DNA of 64,000 bases from an uncultured Acidimicrobiales bacterium. GTDB taxonomy: Bacteria; Actinomycetota; Acidimicrobiia; Acidimicrobiales; SHLQ01. Below are positions 19,722 to 29,590 of this stretch, in pieces. The notes below the pieces were generated by a model. That model saw only the letters and a program-made list of their open reading frames with translations, was not told where the DNA came from and did not search any database. The first letter of the stretch is position 1. Every line of letters begins with the position of its first letter. The position numbers and the translations under genes are program-made. The stretch is taken from contig CALHYX010000029.1 of NCBI GenBank assembly GCA_938041035.1, positions 130,150-194,149 on the forward strand. The letters run 5' to 3'.

Positions 19722-19972
19722 GATTCCCCCGTGGCAACTTCAGGCCCGCTTCCATGAATTTCCGCCGGGTCGCACAGCCGGTGTAACCACTCTGCAACGG
19801 TGACGAATACCAATGGCACCCGATGTAACTCGATGGTAGTAAACGCGCGCCAAACCAAGCAAAAAGCATGACAGATACCAAACCCGATGGGGAAACCGTC
19901 CTGCCGACGACCGGTCGCACCGGGCCAAAATCAGGCCTATTCAGCGCCGCCGCCGAGGCGTAGGCTCGCCCG

Positions 19973-21427
19973 ATGGAGTCCCTGGTTCGTACCGACCCCG
20001 TCACCCTGGAGGACCGGCTGCGCGCCGCCCTTCCCGCCGGCGTCGACGACGCCAGCGTGCGCCTCGTCGACGAACGGGGCGAGTGGCTCACGGTGCGTCA
20101 GGGCCAACTCGAGCCGGCGTCCTCCCACGCCGACCTGGGCGCCATGTTCACCGTCTGGGCCGCCGGTGGCCTCGGGTACGCCGCAACCAACGATCTGAGT
20201 GTGGAGGGGCTCCGACGAGCCGCCGAACGAGCCGAGGCATGGGCGCGATCCACCGCCGGTGCCCTGGTCGTGGCCACCCCGCCGCGCTCCGATGCCGTCG
20301 GCGGGTACGAGTCGCCCGTCGAGTCCCCCTGGAACGACCTGTCGACGGCCGACCGTATCGACCTGCTCCACCGTCAGAGCGCCGCCTTGCGGGTCGACGA
20401 CCGCATCGTCGCCTGGAGTGCTCGGCTGAGCCGTCGAGAGGTGGACGTGTTGTTGTTGACCCAGGCCGGCGGCCGCATCGAGCAACGGTTTCGCTACCTG
20501 CACCCGGGACTGTCCGCCACGGCGAGCGACGGGCACCGCGTGCAGAGTCGATCCCACGGCGCCGGAGCGTTCTGCGGCCAGGGCGGTCTGGAGGTACTCG
20601 ACCGCTTTGGCTTCGGCGACGCGGCCGCGCGAGTGGGTGAACAAGCCATCGAACTCCTGGCCGCCGAGAACTGCCCCAGCGGCCCGATGGACATCGTGCT
20701 CGCCCCCGACCAGATGATCCTCCAGATCCACGAGTCGATCGGTCACCCGCTCGAACTCGACCGCATCCTCGGCGACGAACGCAACTATGCGGGGACGAGT
20801 TTCGTCGATCTCGACATGTTTGGCTCGTATCGGTACGGATCGCCGCTACTGAACGTCACCTTCGATCCAACGGTGCCGGGTCAACTCGCCAGCTACGGGT
20901 TCGACGATGACGGCACGCCGGCAACTCGCGAATATCTCATTCGCGACGGCGTGCTTGAACGGCCTCTCGGAGGCATGGTCTCGCAGTCCCGGGCGGGCGT
21001 CGACGGCGTCGCCAACTCGCGAGCGTGCTCGTGGAATCGGCCGCCGATCGACCGGATGGCGAACCTGAACGTCGAGCCGGGTGACTCCTCGTTTGCCGAA
21101 CTCATCGAGTCGGTCGAAAGCGGGGTGTACATGGAGACCAACACCTCCTGGTCGATCGATGACAGCCGGAACAAATTCCAGTTCAGCTGCGAATACGGTC
21201 GTCGGATCACCGACGGCGAGCTCGGCGAGGTGGTCCGCAACCCCAGCTACCGGGGTATTTCGGCCACGTTCTGGCGCAATCTCACCGGGGTCGGCGCTCC
21301 CGAAACGGTGCTCGCGATGGGCACCCCGAACTGCGGCAAGGGCGAGCTCAACCAGGTCATCAACACCGGTCACGCCTCCCCGACGTGTCGCTTCTCCGGG
21401 GTCGACGTGTTCGGAGCCGACGAGTGA
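19973..21427 (+). CDS. tldD: TldD-family metallopeptidase
   Basis: The metal site is HESIGHPLELDR. The C-terminal block GTPNCGKGELNQVINTGHASP is typical of TldD/PmbA. Confidence 0.9.
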   Translation: MESLVRTDPVTLEDRLRAALPAGVDDASVRLVDERGEWLTVRQGQLEPASSHADLGAMFTVWAAGGLGYAATNDLSVEGLRRAAERAEAWARSTAGALVVATPPRSDAVGGYESPVESPWNDLSTADRIDLLHRQSAALRVDDRIVAWSARLSRREVDVLLLTQAGGRIEQRFRYLHPGLSATASDGHRVQSRSHGAGAFCGQGGLEVLDRFGFGDAAARVGEQAIELLAAENCPSGPMDIVLAPDQMILQIHESIGHPLELDRILGDERNYAGTSFVDLDMFGSYRYGSPLLNVTFDPTVPGQLASYGFDDDGTPATREYLIRDGVLERPLGGMVSQSRAGVDGVANSRACSWNRPPIDRMANLNVEPGDSSFAELIESVESGVYMETNTSWSIDDSRNKFQFSCEYGRRITDGELGEVVRNPSYRGISATFWRNLTGVGAPETVLAMGTPNCGKGELNQVINTGHASPTCRFSGVDVFGADE

Positions 21428-22746
21428 ATCAGGAACGGTTCGACCTCCTCGTGTCCCAGGCGACGGCCCGGCTCACCGGCGACGAGGTGCTCCTCGCATC
21501 GATCGAGGGGGAGGAAACCGATTTCGTGCGGTTCAACGGCGGTCGGATTCGCCAGGCCGGCTCGGTCGAGCAGTCGATGCTCAGCCTGGAGCTCATCGTC
21601 GGTGGTCGTCACGCCCGCACCTCCGTGCAAATGGGCGCCATCGACGACGATCAGCATCGCGTCGATCTCGCCCTGGCCGCGTTGCGCGACCAGCTCCCGA
21701 CGTTGCCCGAGGACCCCTACCTGCTGTTCAACACCGCCGTCACGTCGAGCGATCAGGTGACCCCCAGCGCCCTGCCCACCCCGACCGATGCGTTGGAGCG
21801 GATCCGCACCGCGGCCGGCGACGATGATCTGGTCGGCATCTACACCGCTGGGGCGACCTCCAGAGGCTTCGCCAACTCACTCGGTCAGCGCAACTGGTTC
21901 GAAACGTCGACCTTCAACTTCGACTGGACCTTCTACCTGCACGGCGACAAGGCAGCCAAGAACCTGTACGCCGGGTTCGCGTGGGACGACGACCAGTTCG
22001 CCGCCAGGGTCGACTGGTCCCGTCGACAACTCGACGCGCTGGCTCGAACCCCGATCGACCTCGCACCCGGCGCGCACCGCACCTATCTGACCCCGTCGGC
22101 CATCGCCGAGGTCATGGGCTTGTTGAGCTGGCAATCCTTCAGCATCCGCGCCCACCGCACCAAGCAGACCGCGTTGTTGCGGATGATCGACGGCGATGCC
22201 CGGCTCCACCCCGAACTATCGATCACCGAGAACACCGCCGAGGGTGTTGCTCCCAACTTTCAGGAGCAGGGCTTTCTGCGGCCCGACGAGATCGCCCTGA
22301 TCACCGCGGGGGCGTACGCCGACACCCTCGTATCGCCCCGGTCGGCGCGCGAATACGGGGTCGAGACCAACGGTGCCGCCGCCGGCGAATACCCCGATTC
22401 CCTGGCGATCGCCGCCGGCGCCATCCCGTCGGCCGGCGTGCTCGAAGCCCTCGGCACCGGCCTGTACGTCGGCAACCTCTGGTACACGAACTTCTCGGAC
22501 CGGCCGGCCTGCCGAGTGACAGGCATGACCCGATTCGCCACGTTCTGGGTCGAGGACGGCGAGATCGTCGCCCCGGTGAACGTGTTGCGCTTCGACGACA
22601 CGGTGTTCAACATCTTCGGCGAGCAGCTGGCCGGGTTGACCGACCAGGCCGAGGTGCTGCTCGACTCCGAAAGCTACGGGCAACGATCCAACGCGAGCCT
22701 GCGCTCCCCCGGTGCCCTGGTCAACGAGCTGCGCTACACCCTCTAA
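21424..22746 (+). CDS. pmbA: PmbA/TldE-family peptidase partner
   Basis: The GTG at 21424 overlaps the tldD stop (GTGA). There is no HExxxH. The C-terminal block is [36 protein letters not shown]. Confidence 0.85.
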   Translation: MNQERFDLLVSQATARLTGDEVLLASIEGEETDFVRFNGGRIRQAGSVEQSMLSLELIVGGRHARTSVQMGAIDDDQHRVDLALAALRDQLPTLPEDPYLLFNTAVTSSDQVTPSALPTPTDALERIRTAAGDDDLVGIYTAGATSRGFANSLGQRNWFETSTFNFDWTFYLHGDKAAKNLYAGFAWDDDQFAARVDWSRRQLDALARTPIDLAPGAHRTYLTPSAIAEVMGLLSWQSFSIRAHRTKQTALLRMIDGDARLHPELSITENTAEGVAPNFQEQGFLRPDEIALITAGAYADTLVSPRSAREYGVETNGAAAGEYPDSLAIAAGAIPSAGVLEALGTGLYVGNLWYTNFSDRPACRVTGMTRFATFWVEDGEIVAPVNVLRFDDTVFNIFGEQLAGLTDQAEVLLDSESYGQRSNASLRSPGALVNELRYTL

Positions 22747-23735
22747 TCCGGTCCCGGGTGGTGACACGCGACGGGGTGGCCGTAGCCGTCATCGTGTAGC
22801 AGGGGTTCTTCCGCCGCGCACCGGTCGGTCGCCTTCCAACATCGGGTGCGAAACCGACATCCCGACGGTGGGTCGACCGGGCTCGGCGGGTCGCCTTCGA
22901 GCACGATGCGTTCGCGGGTGGCCTCGGTGACCGGGTCGGGTTCGGGGACCGCCGACAACAGCGCTCGGGTGTACGGGTGCTGTGGGTTCTCGTAAATCTC
23001 GCGGCGGGGGCCGGTCTCGACGATCTTGCCGAGATACATCACCGACACGACATCGGAGATGTGGCGCACGACGGCGAGGTCGTGGGCGATGAAGAGGTAG
23101 CTGAGCCCGAACTCTTCCTGGATGTCTTTCAGCAGGTTCACGACCTGGGCCTGGATGGACACGTCGAGCGCCGACACCGGCTCGTCGCACACGATGAGCT
23201 TGGGGCGAAGCGCGAGCGCCCGGGCAATGCCGATGCGCTGGCGTTGACCCCCCGAGAACTGATGCGGGTACCGGTTGGCGTGTTCGGGATTCAGGCCGAC
23301 CCGGGCGAGCAACCGTGCGACCTCGGCGTCGCGTTCGGCCTCGCCGGTGGGCAGGTCACCGGTTCCGCCTTCGTGGATCACCCACGGTTCGGCCACGATC
23401 GACCGCACCGTCATACGCGGGTTCAACGACGCGAACGGGTCCTGGAAGATGATCTGAATATCTCGCCGGGCGGCGGTGAGCGCGGCCTTGTCCATGGCGA
23501 AAAGGTCCTCGCCCTGGAACAGGGCTTCGCCGCCGGTCGGCTTCTCCAGCCGCAGGAGCGTCCGGGCCACGGTGGACTTGCCGCAGCCGGACTCGCCGAC
23601 CAGACCGTGGGTCTGACCGGCTTCGACGGTGATGTCGACCCCGTCGACGGCGAGGACCGTACCGAGCCGGCGACGACCGATGGTGCGTTGCTCCTTGTAG
23701 TGCTTCACCATGTTGCGCACTTCGAGCAACGCCAT
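22743..23735 (-). CDS. ABC transporter ATP-binding protein (peptide/nickel family, OppF/DppF-like)
   Basis: The start [13 protein letters not shown] at 23735 overlaps the upstream stop (TGATG). Walker A is GESGCGKST, the signature is FSGGQRQR, Walker B is [12 protein letters not shown]. The oligopeptide C-terminal motif is [10 protein letters not shown]. The 544-aa track ORF has a spurious N-terminal extension. Confidence 0.92.
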   Translation of the reverse strand: MALLEVRNMVKHYKEQRTIGRRRLGTVLAVDGVDITVEAGQTHGLVGESGCGKSTVARTLLRLEKPTGGEALFQGEDLFAMDKAALTAARRDIQIIFQDPFASLNPRMTVRSIVAEPWVIHEGGTGDLPTGEAERDAEVARLLARVGLNPEHANRYPHQFSGGQRQRIGIARALALRPKLIVCDEPVSALDVSIQAQVVNLLKDIQEEFGLSYLFIAHDLAVVRHISDVVSVMYLGKIVETGPRREIYENPQHPYTRALLSAVPEPDPVTEATRERIVLEGDPPSPVDPPSGCRFRTRCWKATDRCAAEEPLLHDDGYGHPVACHHPGPD

Positions 23736-24715
23736 CAGCCGGCCTCTACCTGGTGACACGCCGCGGCGCGGGGCCCGGCACCAACGGTGAGCAGGTCGGG
23801 ACGCTCGGTGCGGCATCGATCGGTCACCTGCGGACACCGGGGATTGAACGAACACCCCGGCGGCAAATGCACCACGCTCGGCGGCTGACCATCGACCGGC
23901 ACCAGCCGATCGATGTCGGACAACAGGCGCGGTACCGACGCCATCAACCCCTGGCTGTACGGGTGCTTCGGCTCGGCGTAGAACTCGGCGGCCGAGCCCG
24001 TCTCGACCGCCCGGCCGGCGTACATCACCATGACCCGATCGGCTACCGACGCCACCACCCCGAGGTCGTGGGTGATGAGGATCATGCCCATGCCGGTGAG
24101 CTCTTGAACCTGCGCGAGCAGCTCCATGATCTGGGCCTGCACGGTGACGTCGAGTGCCGTGGTTGGTTCGTCGGCGATCAGCACCTTTGGGCTCAGCGCC
24201 AGGGCCATGGCGATCATCGCCCGCTGGCGCATTCCGCCACTGAACTGATGGGGAAACTGGCGCGCCCGCTGAGCCGGGTTGGGGATACCGACCTGCTCCA
24301 TGAGCTCCACCGCCCGACCGAAGGCCGCCTTGCGCGACGCCCCCTCGTGCAGCCGCACCATCTCCCCCAGCTGCCACCCCACCGGAAACACCGGGTTCAG
24401 CGAGGTCAGCGGATCCTGAAAGATCATGGCGATCTCGGACCCGCGCACTTCGCGCCGCTTGCGTTCGGGCATCGACAACAACTCGAGTTCGCCGTAGTGC
24501 ACGGTGCCCGCGACCACCCGCCCGGGCGGCTGGGGGATCAGGCCCATCAGGGCCTGGACCGACACCGACTTCCCCGACCCCGACTCGCCCATGATGGCGA
24601 GGGTCTCGCCACGGTGCAGGTCATAGGTGAGGTCGGTGACGGCGTGGACGACACCATCGTCGGTATCAAACTCGACGGTGAGTCCATCCACCGACAGCAG
24701 CGGTTGTTCGGCCAT
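23735..24715 (-). CDS. ABC transporter ATP-binding protein (OppD/DppD-like)
   Basis: Walker A is GESGSGKS, the signature is FSGGMRQR, Walker B is [11 protein letters not shown]. The C-terminal motif is [10 protein letters not shown]. Confidence 0.92.
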   Translation of the reverse strand: MAEQPLLSVDGLTVEFDTDDGVVHAVTDLTYDLHRGETLAIMGESGSGKSVSVQALMGLIPQPPGRVVAGTVHYGELELLSMPERKRREVRGSEIAMIFQDPLTSLNPVFPVGWQLGEMVRLHEGASRKAAFGRAVELMEQVGIPNPAQRARQFPHQFSGGMRQRAMIAMALALSPKVLIADEPTTALDVTVQAQIMELLAQVQELTGMGMILITHDLGVVASVADRVMVMYAGRAVETGSAAEFYAEPKHPYSQGLMASVPRLLSDIDRLVPVDGQPPSVVHLPPGCSFNPRCPQVTDRCRTERPDLLTVGAGPRAAACHQVEAG

Positions 24716-25663
24716 CTAGCGGAGCCTCGGATCAAAGGCTTCGCGCAGCTCCTCGCCCAGCAGCACGAACGCGAGGCTGGCGAGCACCAGGAAGATCGTG
24801 GGGAAGATCAGCAGGTGCAGCGACTGGCCCGCGATCGCCTCCTGCTGGGCTTCCTGCAACATGATGCCCCAGCTGATGGTGCCCAATGGCAGCCCGATGC
24901 CGAGGAACGACAAGGTGGCTTCGATCGAGATCACCGCGCCCATACCGATGGTCGAGTACACCAGGGTGGGGGCGATGGCGTTCGGGAAGATGTGGCGCAT
25001 CATGATGCGCCGATCGCTCGCTCCCATCGCCCGGGCGGCCTGTACGTACTCGAGGTTTTTCACCTGAAGCACGGTCGATCGAAAGAGCCGCAACACGGCC
25101 GGCCACCCGAGGAAAGCTATGGCGGTCAGCACGTGCCACTCGCTGCGACGAGAACCACCGGCGAGCGCGGAGAGGACAATGATGGCGCCGACCAGGTACG
25201 GCAGGGCGAAGAACCCGTCGGCCAACCGGGTGATGACGTTGTCGATCCAACCACCCACGTAGCCCGAGACACCACCGAGGAGCAGACCGATGATCACGGT
25301 GACGAGGGTGGCCCCCAGCGCGACACGCATCGACACCTTGGCCCCGTGGATCACCTGCACGAAGTAGTCACAGCCCTGGGTGTCGGTGCCGAACCAGTGC
25401 TCGCCGCTCGGCGACTGTTCGGCGTTCGACAGCACACAGTTGATTCCACCGGGGTCCTGGGGAGCCGGCGACGGCGCGGTGAACAGGCCGGGGACGACCG
25501 CCATCATGGCAAACACCACGATGAGCCCGGCCGAGAGCCAGAACAACTTGCGGCGCTTGAGAATGCGCCACGCATCGCCCCAGAACGTGTTCGCAATCTC
25601 GTCGCCCTCGGACGACTCGAACGGGTCGAGCGGCTCGCCGGGTTGCTCGATCACGTCAGTCAT
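24716..25663 (-). CDS. ABC transporter permease (OppC/DppC-like)
   Basis: Six TM helices. The BPD_transp_1 EAA loop reads YVQAARAMGASDRRIMMRHIFPN. The N-terminal OppC-type segment is present. Confidence 0.9.
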   Translation of the reverse strand: MTDVIEQPGEPLDPFESSEGDEIANTFWGDAWRILKRRKLFWLSAGLIVVFAMMAVVPGLFTAPSPAPQDPGGINCVLSNAEQSPSGEHWFGTDTQGCDYFVQVIHGAKVSMRVALGATLVTVIIGLLLGGVSGYVGGWIDNVITRLADGFFALPYLVGAIIVLSALAGGSRRSEWHVLTAIAFLGWPAVLRLFRSTVLQVKNLEYVQAARAMGASDRRIMMRHIFPNAIAPTLVYSTIGMGAVISIEATLSFLGIGLPLGTISWGIMLQEAQQEAIAGQSLHLLIFPTIFLVLASLAFVLLGEELREAFDPRLR

Positions 25664-26585
25664 ACCGGATCCGCGGGTCGAGCAGCGCGTACAGGAGGTC
25701 GACGATGAGGTTGATGAGCAGATACACGATCACGAGGATCGTCGAGATGCCGACGATGACGAAGCCGTCGCGCGAGGGGATCGAGCGCACGATCTGAAAG
25801 CCGACACCGGGGATCTGAAAGATGCCTTCGGTGACGATCGTGCCCCCGATGAGTGCGCCGAGGGTGATGCCCAACACCGTGATGACGGGGATGAGCGCGT
25901 TGCGCAGCGCGTGGATCGACAGCACCCGCCGTTCGCTCGCGCCCTTGGCCCGCGCCGTGCGGATGTAGTCCTCGCGGTAGGTGTCGATCAACGAGCCGCG
26001 CATAAGCCGGGCGGTGGTGGCCATGGTGGTGATGGCGATGCCGAAGGCGGGCAGCACGTAGGACCACAGACCGTCGCGGATCCCCGATACCGGGAAGAGC
26101 CGTAGCTTCACGCCGAACACCAACTGCAAAACGGCGAGCATGACGAACGGCGGGATCGACAACAACACGATGGTGACCACCAACGAGGAATTGTCGAACC
26201 ACTTGCCTCGGTTGCGCGCCGCCAACACGCCTATCGGTATGGCCATGAGCGCCTCGAACAGCACGGCGAGGCCGGCGAGGCGCAGCGTGCGGGGAAAGGA
26301 CTCGAGGAAGATGTCGCGCACCGGCCGTTGGGTGCGCAGGGACTCGCCAAAATCGGCTTTGAACACGATGCCGGAGATGTACTCCCAGTACTGCACGTGT
26401 ATCGGTTCGTTGAGGTGGTAGCGCTCCTCGTACTGAGCCCGGGTGTTCTCCGGGACCGTGCGCTCACCGAATTGGGCCTGGATGGGGTCTCCCGGCAACC
26501 ACCACACCACCACGAAGATCAAAAACGTCGCGATGAAGAACACGGGAATGATCTGCAGCGTTCGTCGGATCGCGTAGCCGAGCAT
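25656..26585 (-). CDS. ABC transporter permease (OppB/DppB-like)
   Basis: MLGYAIRRTLQIIPVFFIATFLIF is the typical OppB N-terminus. The EAA loop reads YIRTARAKGASERRVLSIHALRN. Confidence 0.9.
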   Translation of the reverse strand: MLGYAIRRTLQIIPVFFIATFLIFVVVWWLPGDPIQAQFGERTVPENTRAQYEERYHLNEPIHVQYWEYISGIVFKADFGESLRTQRPVRDIFLESFPRTLRLAGLAVLFEALMAIPIGVLAARNRGKWFDNSSLVVTIVLLSIPPFVMLAVLQLVFGVKLRLFPVSGIRDGLWSYVLPAFGIAITTMATTARLMRGSLIDTYREDYIRTARAKGASERRVLSIHALRNALIPVITVLGITLGALIGGTIVTEGIFQIPGVGFQIVRSIPSRDGFVIVGISTILVIVYLLINLIVDLLYALLDPRIRYD

Positions 26586-26647
26586 GCGTGGGGTCGAAAC
26601 CGGGTGGGGTCAGGTCTCGCGACCCGACCCCACCTCGTGGTTCTGAC

Positions 26648-28216
26648 CTACTGGTTCACCGTGACGTTCTCGAGTTCGGTGTAACCGAAGACGGTGTACG
26701 TCACGTTCGAGACGTTGTCGCTAACCACCTTCTGGGCGGTGCCGAAGAACATCGGCGCCACCGGCATGTCCTCGCACAAAATGTTCTGGGCATCTTCGAG
26801 CGCACCGAAGCCGTCGGTCTCGCTCTCGGCCCCCTTGAACTCATCGATGGCGGCATCGAAGTCCGGGTTGTTGTACAGGCTGAAGTTGTCGCCCGATTCG
26901 CTCAGGAACAGCGGCGAGAGGAAGTTCTCCGCCGACGGGAGATCCCACAGCCAGCCGAGGCGGTACGGGCCGTCGATGCCACCGTCGGCCTGGAGCACGT
27001 CGAGGTACGGAGCGAACTCCTGGCCGACGAACTCGAGGTCGGTGATGCCGAGGGTCTGTTCCCACTGGTTGGCGACCGCCTCGATCCAGTCCTCGTGGCC
27101 ACCGCCGCTGTTGAAGTACACCGAGAACGAACCGTCGATACCGCCGGCGGCGTCGAACAGTTCCTTCGCCATTTCGGGGTTGTGCTCGGTGTTCTCACAC
27201 CCGCCGGTGGCGCCCGGGGCGAGCGGCGGGGCAAAGCCGTTGGCCGCGGCGCGACTGCCCTCGAAGATCTGGTCGACGATGGTCTCGCGGTCGATGGCCA
27301 TCGACAGCGCCCGGCGGATGTCGGGGTTGTCGAACGGGGCGACCGTGGTCGGGAAGCCGAGGTAGTTGTACGAACCGATGTCGAGTTCGATGAACTTGTC
27401 GCCGTACTCCGCTCGGGCCGAACCGATCTGCTCCGGTGGCACGTCGGCCACATCGAGGCCGCCCGCGGCGACCTCGAGGAACATGGTTTCGATCGAGTCG
27501 AAGATGCGGAAGGTGATGGCGTCGGGCAGGCCCTTGTCGCCGTAGTAGTCATCGTTGCGCAGCACCCGGATCTGCACGTCGTGCTGCCAGGAGCCATCCA
27601 TCATGTAGGGACCGTTGCCGATCGGGGCATCGGGGTCGATGTCGCCGGCGGCCCGCGGCGAGAACACCGGGTGGGCCATGGCCTTGGGCAGCAGTGGGTA
27701 CGGGCCGTCGAGGGTGATCTCGAGGGTGGTGTCGTCGATGGCGACCGCGCCGGCCACCTCGGTGGCGTCGCCGCTCTCGACATCGCCCCAGCCGGAAATG
27801 CCGGTGATGTAGGAGCCGTAGTAGGTCACGTCGGAGAGGTTCTCGGGGTTGGCGACGTAGTTGAACGCGGTAATGAACGACTGAGCGGTAACCGCCGTGC
27901 CGTCGTGGAACTTCACGTCGTCGCGCAGCGTGAAGGTCCACACGGTGTTGTCGTCGGTCTCCCAGGACTCGGCGACCGCCGGGACGGCTTCGAGGTCGGA
28001 GTTGAGGTCGGTCAGCCCGTCGTAGAGCAGGCGGGCAACTTCGAAGCCCTCGGAATCCTGCACATTGAACGAGTCGATCCAGGTCGGTTCGACGATGCCG
28101 TAGGTGACTTCGCCACCGGCGTCGCCTCCGCTACCTCCGTCGCTGCCACAGGCGGCCGCTACCAGAGCCAGCGCCAGGGCGGCGGCACAAAGCCGCAGGG
28201 TGGATTTCGTGGTCAT
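26648..28216 (-). CDS. ABC transporter substrate-binding lipoprotein, family 5 (peptide/nickel)
   Basis: The ATG at 28216 is preceded by GGAGGGA. The lipobox is LALVAAACGS. Length and blocks (FHDGTAVTAQ, RLGWLWDLP) fit SBP_bac_5. The track ORF extends spuriously to 28528. Confidence 0.9.
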   Translation of the reverse strand: MTTKSTLRLCAAALALALVAAACGSDGGSGGDAGGEVTYGIVEPTWIDSFNVQDSEGFEVARLLYDGLTDLNSDLEAVPAVAESWETDDNTVWTFTLRDDVKFHDGTAVTAQSFITAFNYVANPENLSDVTYYGSYITGISGWGDVESGDATEVAGAVAIDDTTLEITLDGPYPLLPKAMAHPVFSPRAAGDIDPDAPIGNGPYMMDGSWQHDVQIRVLRNDDYYGDKGLPDAITFRIFDSIETMFLEVAAGGLDVADVPPEQIGSARAEYGDKFIELDIGSYNYLGFPTTVAPFDNPDIRRALSMAIDRETIVDQIFEGSRAAANGFAPPLAPGATGGCENTEHNPEMAKELFDAAGGIDGSFSVYFNSGGGHEDWIEAVANQWEQTLGITDLEFVGQEFAPYLDVLQADGGIDGPYRLGWLWDLPSAENFLSPLFLSESGDNFSLYNNPDFDAAIDEFKGAESETDGFGALEDAQNILCEDMPVAPMFFGTAQKVVSDNVSNVTYTVFGYTELENVTVNQ

Positions 28217-28563
28217 AGTAGGAATTCCCTCCTTGGTTCCGGCCCGGCGATCGACCGGTACCGGCTTTGGTTCCCGCCGGAAGACTAGTGGGAACCCACC
28301 GCGAGCCGCGATGCCGGGTCCCCAGCCGTTTTCGTCCACCGGACGAACAGGCCTATCACGCAGAACGCCGATTTGGAAGACCCGCCGGCGCCGGCCGACC
28401 CCCCAAACCCTTCCGCCGATCCTTCCCGGGATGCGGCAACCGGCACGGAATTTTTCGGACCGGTTCGGTGAAGATGTGCACCCGTCCGCGGGATCGGGCA
28501 CGATGGCGACCGGCGAGAAATCCAACACGGAGTCGGTGCGACAACACCGGCCCCACCAGGCGC

Positions 28564-28608
28564 ACTGACCACACCGACAACACCGATGAAACCGATGAAA
28601 CCGATGAA
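28564..28608 (+). repeat. five tandem 9-nt units (ACTGACCAC ACCGACAAC ACCGATGAA x3) immediately upstream of the SDR start
   Basis: Read directly from the sequence. The last three units are identical and each contains an ATG. These ATGs open a 12-codon uORF (MKPMKPMKGTSA) whose TGA overlaps the SDR ATG (ATGA at 28621-28624). Confidence 0.8.
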
Positions 28609-28620
28609 GGGGACGAGCGC

Positions 28621-29547
28621 ATGAGCAACCGGTTCGACGAGAACACCACCACCGACGAGGTTCTCGCCGGGGTGGATCTGTCCGGAAGCCGGGCGTTCAT
28701 CACCGGTGCGGCGTCGGGGATCGGGCTCCAGACCGCCACCGCGCTGGCCGCGTCCGGCGCCGATCTGGCGGTCGCCGTGCGTTCCGACGAGCAGGGTGAC
28801 GCCACCGTTGCGGCAATCCGGGCCGAGGTTCCCGACGCCGACGTGGCGTGTCACCACTTGGATCTCTCGTCGCTGGCGTCGGCGCGCTCGTGCGCCGCCT
28901 CGGTGGTCGACGACGGCCGTCCCATCGACCTGTTGATCAACAACGCCGGTGTCATGTTCACCGACTTCGGGCGCACCGAGGATGGTTTCGAGACCCAGCT
29001 CGGCATCAATCACTTCGGCCACTTCGCCCTCACCCAGGGCCTGCGCCCGGCGCTCGCCGACGGCGGTCGGGTGGTCAACCTTTCGAGCCGCGGTCACACG
29101 TCGGCCGGCATCGACTGGGACGACCCGAACTTCGAGCGACGGGAGTACGACAAGTTCCTCGCCTACGGGCAGTCCAAGACGGCCAACATCTTGTTCACCA
29201 TCGGCCTCCAGGAGCGTCTCGCCGACCGCAGCATCGACTGCTTCGCGGTGCATCCCGGCGTCATCCGGACCAACCTCAGTCGCCACATGGACGAAGACGA
29301 CTTCACCGAGTTGATGCGACGGGCAAAGGCATCGAGCATGACCGGCTCCGACGAGGGGTTCGCCTACAAATCGGTCGCTGCGGGCGCCGCCACCTCGGTG
29401 TACGCGGCCACCAGCGCAGAACTCACCGGCCACGGCGGTGCGTACCTCTCCGACTGCCAGATAACCGAAGCCGCCGCCCACGCCCAGGATCGCGCCGACG
29501 CCAACCGGTTGTGGGAGCTGTCCGAAACGCTCACCCGGCAGAGCTGA
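28621..29547 (+). CDS. short-chain dehydrogenase/reductase (SDR)
   Basis: The cofactor motif is ITGAASGIGLQTA, the catalytic motif is YGQSKTAN, and NNAG is present. The start is ATG at 28621; the track ORF has a long, implausible basic N-terminal extension. Confidence 0.88.
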   Translation: MSNRFDENTTTDEVLAGVDLSGSRAFITGAASGIGLQTATALAASGADLAVAVRSDEQGDATVAAIRAEVPDADVACHHLDLSSLASARSCAASVVDDGRPIDLLINNAGVMFTDFGRTEDGFETQLGINHFGHFALTQGLRPALADGGRVVNLSSRGHTSAGIDWDDPNFERREYDKFLAYGQSKTANILFTIGLQERLADRSIDCFAVHPGVIRTNLSRHMDEDDFTELMRRAKASSMTGSDEGFAYKSVAAGAATSVYAATSAELTGHGGAYLSDCQITEAAAHAQDRADANRLWELSETLTRQS

Positions 29548-29590
29548 TCCACCGACCGCCGGACGAACCCCCGAGACACCAGGAGAAACC

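Noticed and set aside
19740-19928. 62-aa minus-strand ORF in the tldD upstream region, considered as a peptide precursor.
   Set aside because: Its composition is Arg/Cys/Trp-rich, it has no RBS, and it sits in a promoter region. It is not convincing as a gene.
22743-24377. Over-long N-terminal extensions in track ORFs. Examples: 544 aa for the ABC ATPase, 527 aa at 49039..50622, 605 aa at 50998..52815, 306 aa at 46213..47133, 626 aa at 26648..28528, 426 aa at 28267..29547.
   Set aside because: The extensions are Arg/Pro-rich and overlap upstream genes. Internal starts with Shine-Dalgarno motifs, ATGA/GTGA coupling, or signal-peptide/lipobox N-termini give sensible proteins. The coordinates were trimmed accordingly.
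26588-28288. 566-aa plus-strand ORF, together with similar very long ORFs at 60777..62990 (737 aa), 52340..54415 (691 aa), 23753..25708 (651 aa), 34186..35892 (568 aa), 29531..30775 (414 aa) and 4324..5493 (389 aa).
   Set aside because: All lie antisense to genes with clear family motifs. Their translations are low-complexity Arg/Gly/Asp/Val/His-rich strings with no motifs. They are the stop-codon-poor shadow frames expected in high-GC DNA.
28217-28420. The importer leader, considered as a cobalamin, NiCo or other riboswitch.
   Set aside because: I could not find a B12 box or any other diagnostic conserved core. Only generic short stems are present. It is kept as a low-interest finding for an Rfam scan.
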